Numbered from the stretch's first letter, positions 24,136 to 37,727 are shown. The stretch is DNA of 64,000 bases from Diadema antillarum (GCF_040938485.1 NW_027272305.1:1-64000), one strand, 5' to 3'. Notes: generated from the sequence alone by a model not told the origin. Numbers and translations are program-made.

Positions 24136-27100
24136 GTAAGTGGCGACTGAATCAAATTTGCTTAGCTTGCCTTTCAACTTCTTTCCTACAGCCACTTGCA
24201 ATGAAGTGTTAAGCTGATGTAGGTGGTATTAACAAGGTCATGGTCACGCGTGAAGTGGTGATATCATTACTAGTATCACAATAGAGGCCAGTGCAATTAG
24301 GAATATGAGGTACTTGACGCTGTAGACAATTGATCACCTCGGTGAAAGTCATTTATTAGAATATTATGTTTGCATGCCATGGCTTTGAGAGAAAAGGGCG
24401 GGGTGCGTCATGTTCACATTGTGTCGTGTGGTTGTCTTTCATGTTTATCGATTCAGGTACACGAGGTCAAGACATTATAGTCTACATGTAATAGTGGTAA
24501 CCATGTCAATATTTGAGTTCTCGCTTCGATCTTCCATGCTAGCTGAACGTGACCACCTGTGTGTGCTTGGAGCACCCAAATATTACTAAGAAATCGCTTT
24601 GACATGTTTGGGATTATGCCAGTCACCGATTCGTCATATTTACCATGCAGATGCTGGTCTGCTATGTGAGGTACCAGACAGGAGTACGTGCCGTTATTCA
24701 TATTGTCAACACAACAATGAGTAAACCGTAACGTTGTCGGGTTGATTGTTGTTGCCTGCACCCATGAAACATTTTCTTTGAGTTAGTTCCCGGTCGTGGA
24801 GCCGTACCTTTGGATAGTTCCTTCACTATTATACGCACGATACATAGTCGTTGATCCTGGAAAGGTGGAGTAGCTTTTCATGCGTATATGGATGTTGGAA
24901 TACTCTATCCCACTAGCAGCACCATATAGCAGACAGCTAGGTAAGACCATAGCGAACGGGCTTACAATTTTCCTTTTTATGTCTGCTTAATCAGAGGCAA
25001 GTGTTTATGGAGTTTCTGCAGAACGTTTATTCAAACTAAGCGACCATTCGGAAGGAGTTTCCATTTTACTTGTCTTTATATGATCTGATAAAAATCCATT
25101 AAAAAGATGATATGACCGTAATAACGATCGGAACATTATTACTATTAGACTTAGTTGCTGTAAGCTGTAAAGTGCCACAGCGATTGCCCAAAATACACGT
25201 TCCATGTGAACATTACTCTACATATTTTAAGGAGCATTAGGAGCAGTAAGGGTGGGACTATATCTGATAAATTATAGCAATGTACAGGACACTCTATACC
25301 ACACTTAAAACAGCAATGCTAAAACTCTTTTCACCAAGTGAAGGATTTGTCCTATACAACAAACCACTTAATGTCAGTAGTCAGGCTAAGTCTTGGACCC
25401 CCCCCCCCCCATAAAAAAGAAATCTGATAAAGTGAGTTTGAACCAAACAGAATTTATTTTGTACTTTATTTCTCAAGAATACAGACGTGTGATATGCTAG
25501 GTTATAGCCACACATAATGCTTCATTTCATTTAAGATGAATTGTGACACAATGGTGTCACACAGTTTTCATTTAATACCTCCTCAAATATGGGACACATC
25601 ATAGTGCCAATTTGTGATAGCGACGTTGATCTTTCGTCCACATCATATCAAGTAATAATGCAAATGCAAAGTTGTCAGTGTTCAGCTAGTGTTAGTTTGT
25701 GATGATTTATTTTTATGTAAATTCGATATAGGAAACCAATACAGTGAAATGAAGTGAAATTAAATCTATATGATATAATCATTATCATCTATAGTGTGTA
25801 GGAATGTAGTTTGTTGGCTTAATTCGCTGCTGTTGAATTAATGTTATAGTATATCTCGAAAGAGCTATAATCATGTAGATAACAAATCGTTAACATATAT
25901 ATATCAAAGTCCACGGGAATGAAGGCAAACGCTGTGCTCGAACTTACGTAAAATCTACAAGACCTCGATTATAGCTGGCTAATATCAAATCATCACGTAA
26001 TAATGACAGATAGGGCCCGTCGGGAAGAACAGCGCCAAAACTGAAAAGGTTATCAATAAGATGAATAATGATTATGATTATATGACTATATAACCATCAT
26101 TTTTGTGATCTTTATCATGGATCATGGCATCTGTAAGTAAAGGAAACAGATGTAGAAATATTCCGCTTATGTTTCCAACTAAATTTCTATTCGGAATGAA
26201 ATATCATTTTATGTTTGCGTTCTGAGCTGTGTTATGTCTTTCTGTAAATCTTTTAGGTATAGTGATATCACAATGAGGTCGGAGCCTCTTTCTCGTTCTT
26301 TCACACACAGTATACTCAAGTTTCAAGTTCATTTCACATCTTTAAACGATTTTTGCATAAACAGAAATACAGCATACATGTCATATTTTACGCTAAAAAA
26401 TAAGTAAATTACAACTCGAAATATTACACAAAATAGATGGAAATAAGGTCAGATGACATCATGTCATCTGACACAAGAAAGCGCAGCAGATGTTGGGAAT
26501 TAGCAAAAGATATTGACCTATCAAGGTTAACCCCCTTTGAGAATTACTTAAAACTGACAAGAACTTGGTGGATCTTTGTATCGTCTGATTATGATGTTCT
26601 GTCAAGGTGTACTCATGTTGAAACTCTATAAGGTAAATTAAAAAAGAAACCTAAGAAATTTGGATTATTTTCATGAAAATGGGAGACATCAGATATATAT
26701 AACATTCAAAGGATTGATATGTTTCATGAGACGGTGATAAATGTATTAGAATGTAAATTTACAAGGCAGTGATGTCATTGAGCTCACCTCTCTCGTTGGT
26801 TTAAATAATATGTCATATAAAAGTAACAGTTTTAGCCAATGATTCAACAACTCAACCCATTGCACTTCCCCTCAACAGTCATTGTTGCTTTATAGGATGT
26901 AACCATTCTAAATTCAAATGATGCAGTGTGCTCTTTATCATTTCACTAAACAACAACATAATTTGATGTAGATTGGTGTTCAGATTAATGGTGAGAGACT
27001 TATACAGGACAATAACATTGTCACCTCATTGAATTTGCATATTTCATCGTGCGAGTATCACTGTTTAAAGAAAATATCTGAAACTGTAAAAGTTCATGTC

Positions 27101-27362
27101 TTTATTATTCATATCTTTATTATTTCTAACGACAGTCCTTCTGTTCTGTACTTCGTTCTATTCCATTTTGTCAACTTGCATGTATAGGGAGTGGCATTTC
27201 ATTTAATGCTGATCATATATCTGCATCTATGTTTGTGTTTTTGTTTGTTTTTTACAGGCACCATGATATTCACAACTCCAATCTTCCTCTGCAAAGGCAC
27301 TTAAGGCCGTCACTTGAACGAATTTCTGCTGGACGTTGGTAGGACTTCACGCAACACACACC

Positions 27363-28241
27363 ATGGCAGGCATTCAGAAAAATTGCAAAGTGACGTCACT
27401 TCAGTATAAGAATGATTATCATCTAACAATTGATCATCCCATGACAGAGAGCATTGTCGACAGGGACTACATGCGCATCACTGTTCATCCGCAACCTCTG
27501 CTGGCACGAAACCCTTCGGGTCGCCGGAATTACTTCATGCCACAGTGCGAGACGGAATGGATTCAAATGGTGAACAAACTGAACGATGGGCAAGGAACCT
27601 ACCACCAAAGTACCACCTACGTTAAGCCAGGGGTATACCCTTCCCGTTCAATAAGCGCAAATTCTTACTTCGATCCTTACGCCCTTGGGTCCAACTCGTC
27701 TCTCAACATCACTGCGCGGACGTTGAATTTGTCGTCACGCCGACAGATGCAACGCGCATACGAACGCGCTTGCCGTAGTACGATCCGTGGTGACAAGTCT
27801 CGTGCATCGTCTGCTTCTGTGAGGGATCTTGATAGCTACGGAGACAGAGTGAACACTCCAAGTCTAACTACTCGCCTTGCAACCATGAGCTCTCGCGCTA
27901 AGTCAGTTTGTTCTGAAAGATCAAGTTGCAGCAGTAGCACTACTAACACTGACTTTTCATCAGGTCATAGCAGCCCTGAAAAGCCGACATATGTACTTCC
28001 ACGACCACCACCTGTTAAAATGCCTAAGGTAGCTGCCATGCCTTCCAAGCGAGAGGCTTGGTTTAGTGCTCCATATCGATCGCGTATCGTGCGGCAATCG
28101 CCCCCTTGGCGATCGCTGTTGAATCGTCGACCTGAAGGTGTAAGAGCTTCCGGTGGACTGTGTCCTAACCACTGCCGATGTTGTTTTGAAGCGACATACG
28201 ATACAAACAACAAGAACATCTACAAAGTTGATCAAGAGTAG
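27363..28241 (+). CDS. Uncharacterised 292-aa basic Ser/Arg/Thr-rich protein with a single coding exon
   Basis: Uninterrupted 879-bp ORF in AT-rich DNA. Strong start context ACACC-ATG-G, an in-frame stop upstream at 27315-27317, and a splice acceptor TTTTTTACAG| at 27257. No domain recognised. Confidence 0.75.
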   Translation: MAGIQKNCKVTSLQYKNDYHLTIDHPMTESIVDRDYMRITVHPQPLLARNPSGRRNYFMPQCETEWIQMVNKLNDGQGTYHQSTTYVKPGVYPSRSISANSYFDPYALGSNSSLNITARTLNLSSRRQMQRAYERACRSTIRGDKSRASSASVRDLDSYGDRVNTPSLTTRLATMSSRAKSVCSERSSCSSSTTNTDFSSGHSSPEKPTYVLPRPPPVKMPKVAAMPSKREAWFSAPYRSRIVRQSPPWRSLLNRRPEGVRASGGLCPNHCRCCFEATYDTNNKNIYKVDQE

Positions 28242-29185
28242 TTCAAGAAACTGACCGAGGCCGAGAGGACAACAAGCAAACACAACAAAGATCAACAATA
28301 CTTCACTGGCAGTATAGCGTTCGGAAAAGCTAACATACTTCCATATAAACCAAAACGTAATGTCGTACAGCAACGCAATGAGACGACGCACCTTGTGTCA
28401 AATCATTGACTGGTACCTATTTTTACTGACTTCAAACGGAGCCTCTCCAGTGACGCAGTGACTAATGGTGATCACTCTGAATCGTATAGCATTGTCTATA
28501 GCCATTGGTTTTGAAAATAGTGAAAGATTTTAACGGGGGACGCCCTAACCTAAAGAAATAATCTAGTGTGTAACATTCATGTCTTCTCAGATGACAGAAT
28601 GACGTGTCGCGCGAAAACGAATGATTTTCTCCCAATTTGACGAGGTGATAATCAATCCATATGCACGTTATTTTTATGCTGAACTGCAATTACTGTCTCA
28701 AGCCATCACATGGTACGGATATCTATAGCGGATTTCTTTACTGTTTTTGTAAATTACTACCAATGGTAAGCATGTTAGTTACCGCATTATTTCATCCGCA
28801 TCTTTGGCGGAAATAAGTGATGACCGTAAGAATTATTTCAAAGGCGATGATACTAATGGAATTCAATATAGAGTGTGTGAATCTGCACGTACGTGCGACA
28901 CAATATTTCCTGCAAATGATTATACTTCTACCTTCCATAATGTCAACAATACAATATCTAGATTATCAATTAATCGCAACAAAATGAGATGGAACCATAA
29001 CACGTCTTCAGACTGCACGGTTGAGACTTTTTTTCACGGCATTAATTTCGACACACTGTAGTTTCCGTCGGCTGTAAATGGGTTGATATTGTCTCATCTC
29101 ATGTTGAAGGTCACAAAGAAAGTCAGTTTAAGATGAGTATTTCTGTCATTTTTTCGAACCGTATAGAATGGTGGTAATGATGGTC

Positions 29186-29560
29186 AGATGGAAAGTCATT
29201 GAAGAAAACCAAAACCCAAACAAGTGAACACATCAGTGAAAGTTTGAGGAAAGTCGAACAATCCGTACAAATAAGATGGAAAGTCACTGAAGAAAATCAA
29301 AACCAAAACAAGTGAACACATCAATGAAAGTTTGAGGAAAGTCAAACAATCCGTTCAAAAGTTATGAATTTTTAAAATGTTGGTGCCGTCTTCGATGGAT
29401 AAGAGGACTGCTAACACTTCATGAAAAGGACACTTTCCGTTGACTTGTTATTGACATATTCGTAATATCATTCCCCCCTGCTTTCTGAAAAGATCGAAGT
29501 CAAGTGCCCTTTCATTATGCTAGAAAAGTGAAAATAATATGTCGAATTGACACACCTTTC
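29186..29560. mobile_element. Decayed Kolobok/T2-like MITE containing an 88-bp tandem duplication
   Basis: Duplicated units start at 29186 and 29274; GAACACATCAGTGAAAGTTTG..ACAATCCGTTCAAAAGTTATG matches 16072-16145. Confidence 0.65.
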
Positions 29561-31336
29561 TAGTTCCAAACTGACGATGATATGAAGTTAAGGTTATTAT
29601 AGTGCAATAGAAAAGTCCGTTGTGATAAGAATCTACCTGCTGAATGTTTGAAAAATATGTTTCGTATGTACAGCGCAGTAATTTCAAATGCTATAGTTGC
29701 GTGTTCGTCCTCGGTAAAAGCTTGATATGACTAAAAGCTGTCGACATCAAAACCACATAGGATCTCATTTCATACAAGATGTTATATTAGTAATTCCTGC
29801 TGGAATGGCAACTTCTTGTAGCAATTTACAGCCAATTGGAAAACGGGATTCATGTCGTTACCATGACACTTGCCATTGCGGCAAGATTTGCTTTCATATC
29901 CATTTTTAAAATATTTTGTGTAATGTTATATCGTCTATATCACTTCAGTCAATTTTCATTACAACATTATTTGTTACCCCAAGGTTCTACAATTATGTAT
30001 TTTTTTCAATTTTACTTTATTTTGATTATATGTAACCTTATTCTCTGTTACCAAAGAAAGTGAAATGTTTATGTTCTTTTCGAAAAATGAAATAAAGTTT
30101 GAATTGAATTGAAAAAAGAAAATGAAATTGAGCCCCAAGAACTTACAAAAGTATATACAGGTAGTGATCGTAAACCAAATCTAAGTCCGGATAGAAAATG
30201 TGGTGTTAATGATTTAGCTCACTGCGATATTTAATAATGTATCCCATTTTATTATCATTTTGATAAAGTAATGTCATGATGTAATGTTACAAGTAACTCT
30301 AATCAGTTGATGTTCCGGATATGAATGGCCCTTAAAAATCAAAGGAGTGATAGTGAAAGTTAAATGATTTTCTTGCCTAAAGGATATCGATCAAGGACAA
30401 TTGCTTCCGCGCAGTTTGGGGTTGGTTGTTTTATTTTTCTCATCATTATAGAACAGTTGTGTTATACTTTAGTGTCTCTAGAAATTTGGCAGAAGGATTG
30501 CTTGTTATATTGAATGCAAAATTATAACTGCCCTCTATACATGTAGGAATACAATATATGAATGTTGAAATATAGAATAACGTAAACTGACTTTTTTTCT
30601 GATTGCAATGTGTGATATACTTTGCTGTGTCATCATTGTTAGAATGGAGGCTCAATTTTTTAACGATTTTGAAGAATTTCACAGCTAATCAATTTAAGGG
30701 AAAATGTTGTCTTCAGGTTGAAATGGGTATTATTGTGATAGCTTTATTCAATTTCAATTCAGTGATCTAAATATCATCAAATTGTAATGTGTTCATTGTT
30801 ACAATGATTCACAATATTGAAGGTATTTTTAATATACAAGGATAGCAACGCATGCAGAGGCTGGGATAGTATAATTAGCAATGACGGTATACATATGTAT
30901 GTAAATAATAAATGCCTGTTTTATCAATATTGTCCTCTTAGGAAAATGTATGCGTTTTTGTCTTCTCCATGACAAACATAACGTTAACATCTCGAATCTC
31001 CAAATTTATGTATATTTTGTCCTTTTTCCGTAATATGTTGATATTTGAATGGTACTGATGCCGTATCTGTTTATGTTTTACGATCATGACGTTTTGCCTT
31101 AGTGCTGTGTAACGACGAGATTTGAAACAGCAGTATATCACTGTTGATATCCGATAAACATGGTTAGAAAATGGGTATTTTGTGGTTCTGTTGTAACATT
31201 TGTTGTCTTTAAGAAGTGTGGTATGTGCTTAGAAAAAAAAAACACGTTGTTTCGGTTGGGTTTATTACAAGTGCAAGACAAAGGTATAAAACTGTCCTTG
31301 GTGAGAAACGACCAACCGATACTTATTTGCATGATG

Positions 31337-31346
31337 TATATATATA

Positions 31347-31409
<63 letters not shown>
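31337..31409. repeat. (TA)n microsatellite
   Basis: Seen directly. Confidence 0.95.
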
Positions 31410-31411
<2 letters not shown>

Positions 31412-31955
31412 ATAATGAAAAATAACATAATGTAATATGATATCATATGCTATAGTATAATATAACATAATAGCATAATGTTAATGTAAATTTACTGAGA
31501 GTGTATATGCAAATACAGATAAACGCCATTTTTGAAGTTTTTTTTCTCCAAAAGGTCTTCATCACATAGAGAGAAAAAAAAAAGAATCTTTTTCAATGGT
31601 ACTAAAGATATGAAAATTATATCACAAAAATATTCTAATCATTTTCTTTGTTTTCTAGCAGATTCAATCTCAAATATTTCATGCTGATGAAAATGAACGT
31701 ACCGGCTCCCTCTTCATGGGATGGTACATGTACTTGATATAGAGGGAGAAAAAGAAATCAATGCCCTAATAGCAGTTGTATAATATCACCATCCAAAGTC
31801 TGCGTAATGAGTTAACATGATTGTGATACAATCATGGATAAATGGTTTCTTCCCATGGTTAGTCATAACTATCAGCGCTCAACACCGGCTGAATTACAGT
31901 AGGGATCAATATTGACTCGAGAACTTCTTCCCACCTCCCTGATTTGAGGGTCCAG

Positions 31956-32261
31956 GGGTCCGTTTCATGAAAGTCTTATGAGAGACTTTTCATTCCTTCA
32001 TTTCATTCATTTTTTTTCCATTTCCAACAAAAGCATACATGTATATTATAAACATTTTCCAGAAATTGAATACATAAACTACATCTCAATTTTCGCTCAT
32101 AAGATTCGTAAGAAACACTTTTGAGAGATTTCATGAAATTAGTTTTATTTTTTTTAACTACATAGCCACAATTATTATGAGCAACTTTGGCCAATCTGCA
32201 TGTTCTGAGATTTATACATGTATGTAAAGACCTTTATGTGATGACTTCATGAAACGGATCC
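31956..32261 (+). mobile_element. PIF/Harbinger-like MITE A
   Basis: TIRs GGGTCCGTTTCATGAA / TTCATGAAACGGATCC flanked by CAG (31953-31955) and CAG (32262-32264). Confidence 0.75.
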
Positions 32262-32264
32262 CAG

Positions 32265-32444
32265 GGCTCCGCGTCATGAAGTCATTTTATTCAGTGCTCA
32301 TTACACAAAAGTCTTTACATAAATCTCAGAATGGCTAATGTCGCTCGTATGTAGCTCTGAGAGACTTTCGAAGAGAAGTAAGATCCATTTCATGAAGTCA
32401 CTCGTAAGTGTGTCATGAGCGAAAGACTTTCATAAAACCGACCC
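32265..32444 (-). mobile_element. PIF/Harbinger-like MITE B, related to A and inverted
   Basis: GGCTCCGCGTCATGAAG ... CTTTCATAAAACCGACCC followed by CAG (32445-32447); the interior resembles the reverse complement of A. Confidence 0.65.
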
Positions 32445-32928
32445 CAGCATCTGTGTCCTGCCAGCTTTGCGCAAGGAGTGCTTCACGGTGCTTGATCGGA
32501 GAGGGCGCCACTCAACATTAGAGGTGTCTGTTGCATTGTCATTTCGAGAATTCAAAAAAAAAAAAAAAAAAAAGGCAAGTGCATAGAGCTGATTGGTACA
32601 AGTGAATAGAAACAAGAAAGAGATTATAATACACACTAGTAGGGTTTGGGCATCTGATTTCAAGCACGACCAAGCCGATGTCTCCAGTTATAGTTCCCAA
32701 AGACAGACATTGGTGGTAGGGACCGCGGAACTGGGGGTAGGGGCTGAGGACTGCAGTCCCCCCCCCCCCCCAACTTTTTTTGGACCTGTTCAAAAAAGGA
32801 AATATCGGGGGGAAATCGAAATAAAAATCGGGGAAAAATCGTAAAAATTCTTAGCACTCAAACTTTCCGCCAATTCTTCTGTCCAAGCAGGAGAGGGGAG
32901 GGGGAAGGGGAGAGTATGGGTGATCTAT

Positions 32929-33741
32929 CACTTGGTCTACTCTCACTTCGTCTAATACCCCTTTCAGTAACTCCCCTGGCTAGCGCCAGGCCCGAGCTAA
33001 GTTGTAAAATTTTGAGTTTATGAATGGGTCGGGCCAAAGTGGCCCGTGCCAGGAGCGGACTATTTTGGCGCTGCTGAAGCTAGCACCAGGCACGGGCCAG
33101 GCTCGGCCCTGGTGCCAATCGAAGAGTTTATGAATGATAGCAGCACCAGGCTCGGGCCAAAATTTCTTGCACGGTCAAAGGTCACAATTACCTGGCCATG
33201 CCCTCCGCCGGAGCGCGCGTTCAGTTGCCATGGTAGTTATCCCTTACGTGGCCGAGTTCGTGAATGGGTCATCGTAAAAGTAGCGCGGCTCTGCTGTAGT
33301 TACTGAACGCAATTTTTACTGCTTGGCACGGGCCAAATTAGCTCGGGCCAGGAGCTGGCCAGAAATGCATGAGTTACTGAAAGGGGTATAGCCATTTGGT
33401 CTCACCCCACATGGTCTAATCCTGTTTCGTCTACAACCAGTTCGTCTAATGACCATTTCATCCAATTGCCACTTAGCCTCATTACCAGTTGGTCTACTTC
33501 CAGATGGGCTATGCCCAAAGCTTCGTCTAATAGGTGCCTACCCACAGTTTATTCGACAAAGTGGAAAAAGTCCAAGGAAACAAAACTGCAATTAGACCAT
33601 CTGGTCATTAGACGAAACAGTAAGTAGCCAAACTGGGCATTAGACCAAGTGCAAAGTAGATCAAACGGGCATTAGACGAAATTGATAGTAGACCAACTGG
33701 AAAGTAGACCATCTGATAGTAGACCAAGTGGCAGTAAACCA
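32929..33741. mobile_element. Foldback-type element built of degenerate 15-16-bp tandem repeats in inverted arms
   Basis: Left arm units resemble CACTTGGTCTACTNN (32929-33540); right arm units resemble AGTAGACCAA(C/G)TGG (33590-33741). Confidence 0.75.
32958..33386. mobile_element. GC-rich TIR element nested in the foldback left arm
   Basis: Perfect 16-bp TIR CCCCTTTCAGTAACTC / GAGTTACTGAAAGGGG, an imperfect sub-terminal inverted repeat of about 28 bp, internal GC(A/T)CGGGCCA repeats, and AATA/TATA flanks. Confidence 0.85.
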
Positions 33742-33762
33742 GTGCATGATCATTGATGAAGG

Positions 33763-34201
33763 GCTGTATGACTCAACTCATGGACCTTTTTTTTTTTCAA
33801 TGTCGAGCTGTGGGATGACCCCTTATAAAACTTTTCTGACTCCCTAAATTCTGGTCGTTAGTATACTCTGCAGTTTTGAATTGACCCTTATACTGGTTTT
33901 GAATTATCATTATGTACGATTCGAATGAAATTTGCTCCTTCCGTAATCTTGGAGAAATCGGGGGGGGGGGGGATCAAACAAAGTATCAACGATCTCTAAA
34001 GAAAAAAAAGTTTGAAGACTCGTGAGCTGTATGACTGAACTCATGGACCTTTTTTTTTCAATGTCGAGCTGTGGGATGACCCCTTATAAAACTTTTCTGA
34101 CTCCAAAAATTTCTGGTCATTAGAATACTCTGCAATTGACCCTTATACTGCATGGTTTTGATTTTTGAATTATCATTATGGATTCGAATGAAGTTTGCTT
34201 C
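33763..34201 (+). repeat. Direct duplication of about 175 bp, period 263 bp
   Basis: GCTGTATGACT..CATGGACC(T)n CAATGTCGAGCTGTGGGATGACCCCTTATAAAACTTTTCTGACTCC occurs at 33763 and 34026. Confidence 0.9.
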
Positions 34202-36445
34202 TTGGGGTTGAACCTCACGAGCAAAATCGCACACGAAGTCGTGATCAAGAATATTATAATTTTTCTATTTGAAAGGTGTGATATAAATGGATAATGTGCA
34301 CTGTACCTTCAGTAGGAGACATGAGTTCACATGATCTTTTTTGTTTGTCTGTAGTGTGATCATGATCAGGGTCACTGATTCATTGGGGAAAAACCCATAT
34401 ATAATTATTTGAAACCTCAAAAACCCATCTCTAATATTTTTCTTTTTTCTTTCCTTTTTTTCCCCAGATCTCATGTGAGACTTATCTATCTGATGATTTT
34501 TTTTAATGAATATCAACAACAGTCTTTGGCAGTCAAACTACTAGTATAATGATGAGTGCCTTCAACTCGAATCACGCGTATAATGAAAGACAGTTAATGT
34601 TTAAAACGTCTGTACTTCATTTTGTTGTGCACTCAGACTGTATTCCATTTTTACTGCTACGACAATTTCCCCATTTATATTGTCCATTTAATCCGCATTT
34701 AATGCGCAAAAGCGACTCACAAAATCGATAGTTTTCCCCTTTCTCCCTCGTTTTCTCTTTCCTGTTTTGAGATTCGCTCTTCTCGAAATGTGCTTTTTAC
34801 TTGAGGCACTATTGCACTCGACGCCGCGAGGTATTTCCCGCCTCTTTCTCAACGGTTCGAAAATACCATTATTTCATAGTCTCCTATTCAGGAACAAGTC
34901 TTCCCAAAACACGACAAAAATAGCGAAACAGCTATTTTCAAACCCTGAAATCAGATCAGATTTATCATGACGATGAGTTTTTGTATAAATAAATGAGGCG
35001 CGTTAGATGATTAGGGTTATAGTTTGTTGGGAAAAGATTAATCTCATTGGTTAGTAAATAACAAATAAACTAGGTCTGCATCTGCGATTTATACGAGGAC
35101 AAAGCTCATGTTCATCGTCTGGTCCGCTCGCACATTCGCAGACAAAACAACATTACGGCAAATAGTCTAATTTTCGAGACGCATCCGACGTCTTGTAGGT
35201 TTTTCCATTTTTTCAGCGAATGTTGATCAAGTTTATGTGATCAAAACTACGAATGTCACTTATATTGTATGGACACGGCATTTGAAATGACTAGTTCATC
35301 ATGAGATACTGATGGTCGATTTGACTAGACTGAATCATTTAGACCATTCATTTTTGGGTTTATTATTGTGACAACGCCCTTCGTAGCAATTGATACTGAA
35401 CATCAGACTAAACCTGTTCCTTCGTGGCATGACTCACCACGCTGGATGATTTTTTTTTTTTTTTTTACATACAGTACATGCATATACAGTACTTTATTCA
35501 TGCTTTTGATTGGGGTCAGTGGTCAGTGGTACCCCCCCCCCCCCCCCCCAGCTTAAAGGCAAGAAACTCTTGGCGGAACACTCGAAAGCCATTTTCTCCT
35601 TTTTAGAAGGATCGATTTTTTTTTTTCATACAAACAAAAAAAATGAAAATAAGATGGGCACAGCAGCCCTACCCCCCCCCCCCCCGTCACTGTGAAAGGC
35701 TGTTGTACATGTAGTTGAGAATGTAGTGTCGTTTATCAAAATTGATTTTAAAAAACAGTACATATAGGGCCTCTCACTTTTTCCAGATTTTGAGTATTAT
35801 TAGCAAGTTATTTCAAAGATTGAGTCGAATGAGTAAATTCGACTTAATCTTAAATTTTAGACATGATTTCAACTACTTTGAACTACATGAAAGCGCAGTT
35901 TTGATTTTATGAAATATTTTTAATTCTTTAGGTATTTGTATGTGTGGGGGGGGGGGGGCATGTGTGCTTGTGTGTATTTGTTCTTTTCTATCAAGGGATT
36001 GGTTTTACTAATTTCAATTTTTGTTGGTAGGCCTAACCTAGTGTGTAGCTTCATTTTAAATACATGTACATGTATATTGTAATTTCATTTGATTTTGTGA
36101 CTTGCAACTCGACGCTCCAGGAGATACGGACTGATTATTTTGTGCAGTATAAACTTATCAATCTAAGTTTAGTGAAAATGTGGATTACGTAATTGCATGG
36201 CCGAATTTTGGTTTAACCTTTAAAATGTTCCTTCCGAATTAAGTAGTCTTCATTATGAAATTGTAAATTATCGTCTTACCGTACATGTAACTAAACGTTT
36301 ACCTCAAGTGGGTAACCATTATTTTTAAGATCTAGAGTTTACAGTACACAACAAATACATATAACCCGACATGAGTTTATAAAAAGCATGATACGGGTAC
36401 TTAATGATAATATACAGACAACTCGACTGAGTGAACTCTTCAGAT

Positions 36446-36480
36446 TCTTTCTTGGGTACTTGGTGGCTCTGATAAGAGCC
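36446..36480 (-). terminator. Histone H2A 3' processing signal: stem-loop plus downstream element
   Basis: On the minus strand, AAAC-GGCTCT-TATC-AGAGCC-ACCA (stem-loop 36465-36480) followed by CAAGAAAGA (36446-36454). Confidence 0.95.
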
Positions 36481-36520
36481 GTTTGAAGCAGCTGTTTCAA
36501 GCTGAATGACGCCCAGAAGT

Positions 36521-37355
<835 letters not shown>

Positions 37356-37727
37356 ATGCCACCCAAAGCACAAGCTGCCGGAAAGAAGGGCTCCAAGAAG
37401 GCCAAGGCTCCCAGGCCTAGCGGAGACAAGAAGAGGCGCAGGAGGCGAAAGGAAAGCTACGGCATCTACATCTACAAGGTGCTGAAGCAGGTCCACCCCG
37501 ACACTGGTATCTCCAGCCGTGCCATGTCCATCATGAACAGCTTCGTCAACGATGTCTTCGAGCGCATCGCTGCCGAGGCTTCCCGTCTTGCCCACTACAA
37601 CAAGAAGTCGACCATCACTAGCCGTGAGGTCCAGACTGCTGTCCGTCTTCTCCTCCCCGGAGAGCTGGCCAAGCACGCCGTGTCTGAGGGCACCAAGGCC
37701 GTCACCAAGTACACCACCTCCAAGTAA
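37356..37727 (+). CDS. H2B: Histone H2B, late-type, 123 aa, intronless
   Basis: [54 protein letters not shown]...AVTKYTTSK. Confidence 0.99.
   Translation: MPPKAQAAGKKGSKKAKAPRPSGDKKRRRRRKESYGIYIYKVLKQVHPDTGISSRAMSIMNSFVNDVFERIAAEASRLAHYNKKSTITSREVQTAVRLLLPGELAKHAVSEGTKAVTKYTTSK

Noticed and set aside
29857-29870. X-box-like GTTACCATGACACT
   Set aside because: Right half mismatched and no associated exon found.
33389-33741. Regularly spaced repeats suggesting a CRISPR array
   Set aside because: Eukaryotic context; the units are contiguous and degenerate, with no unique spacers.
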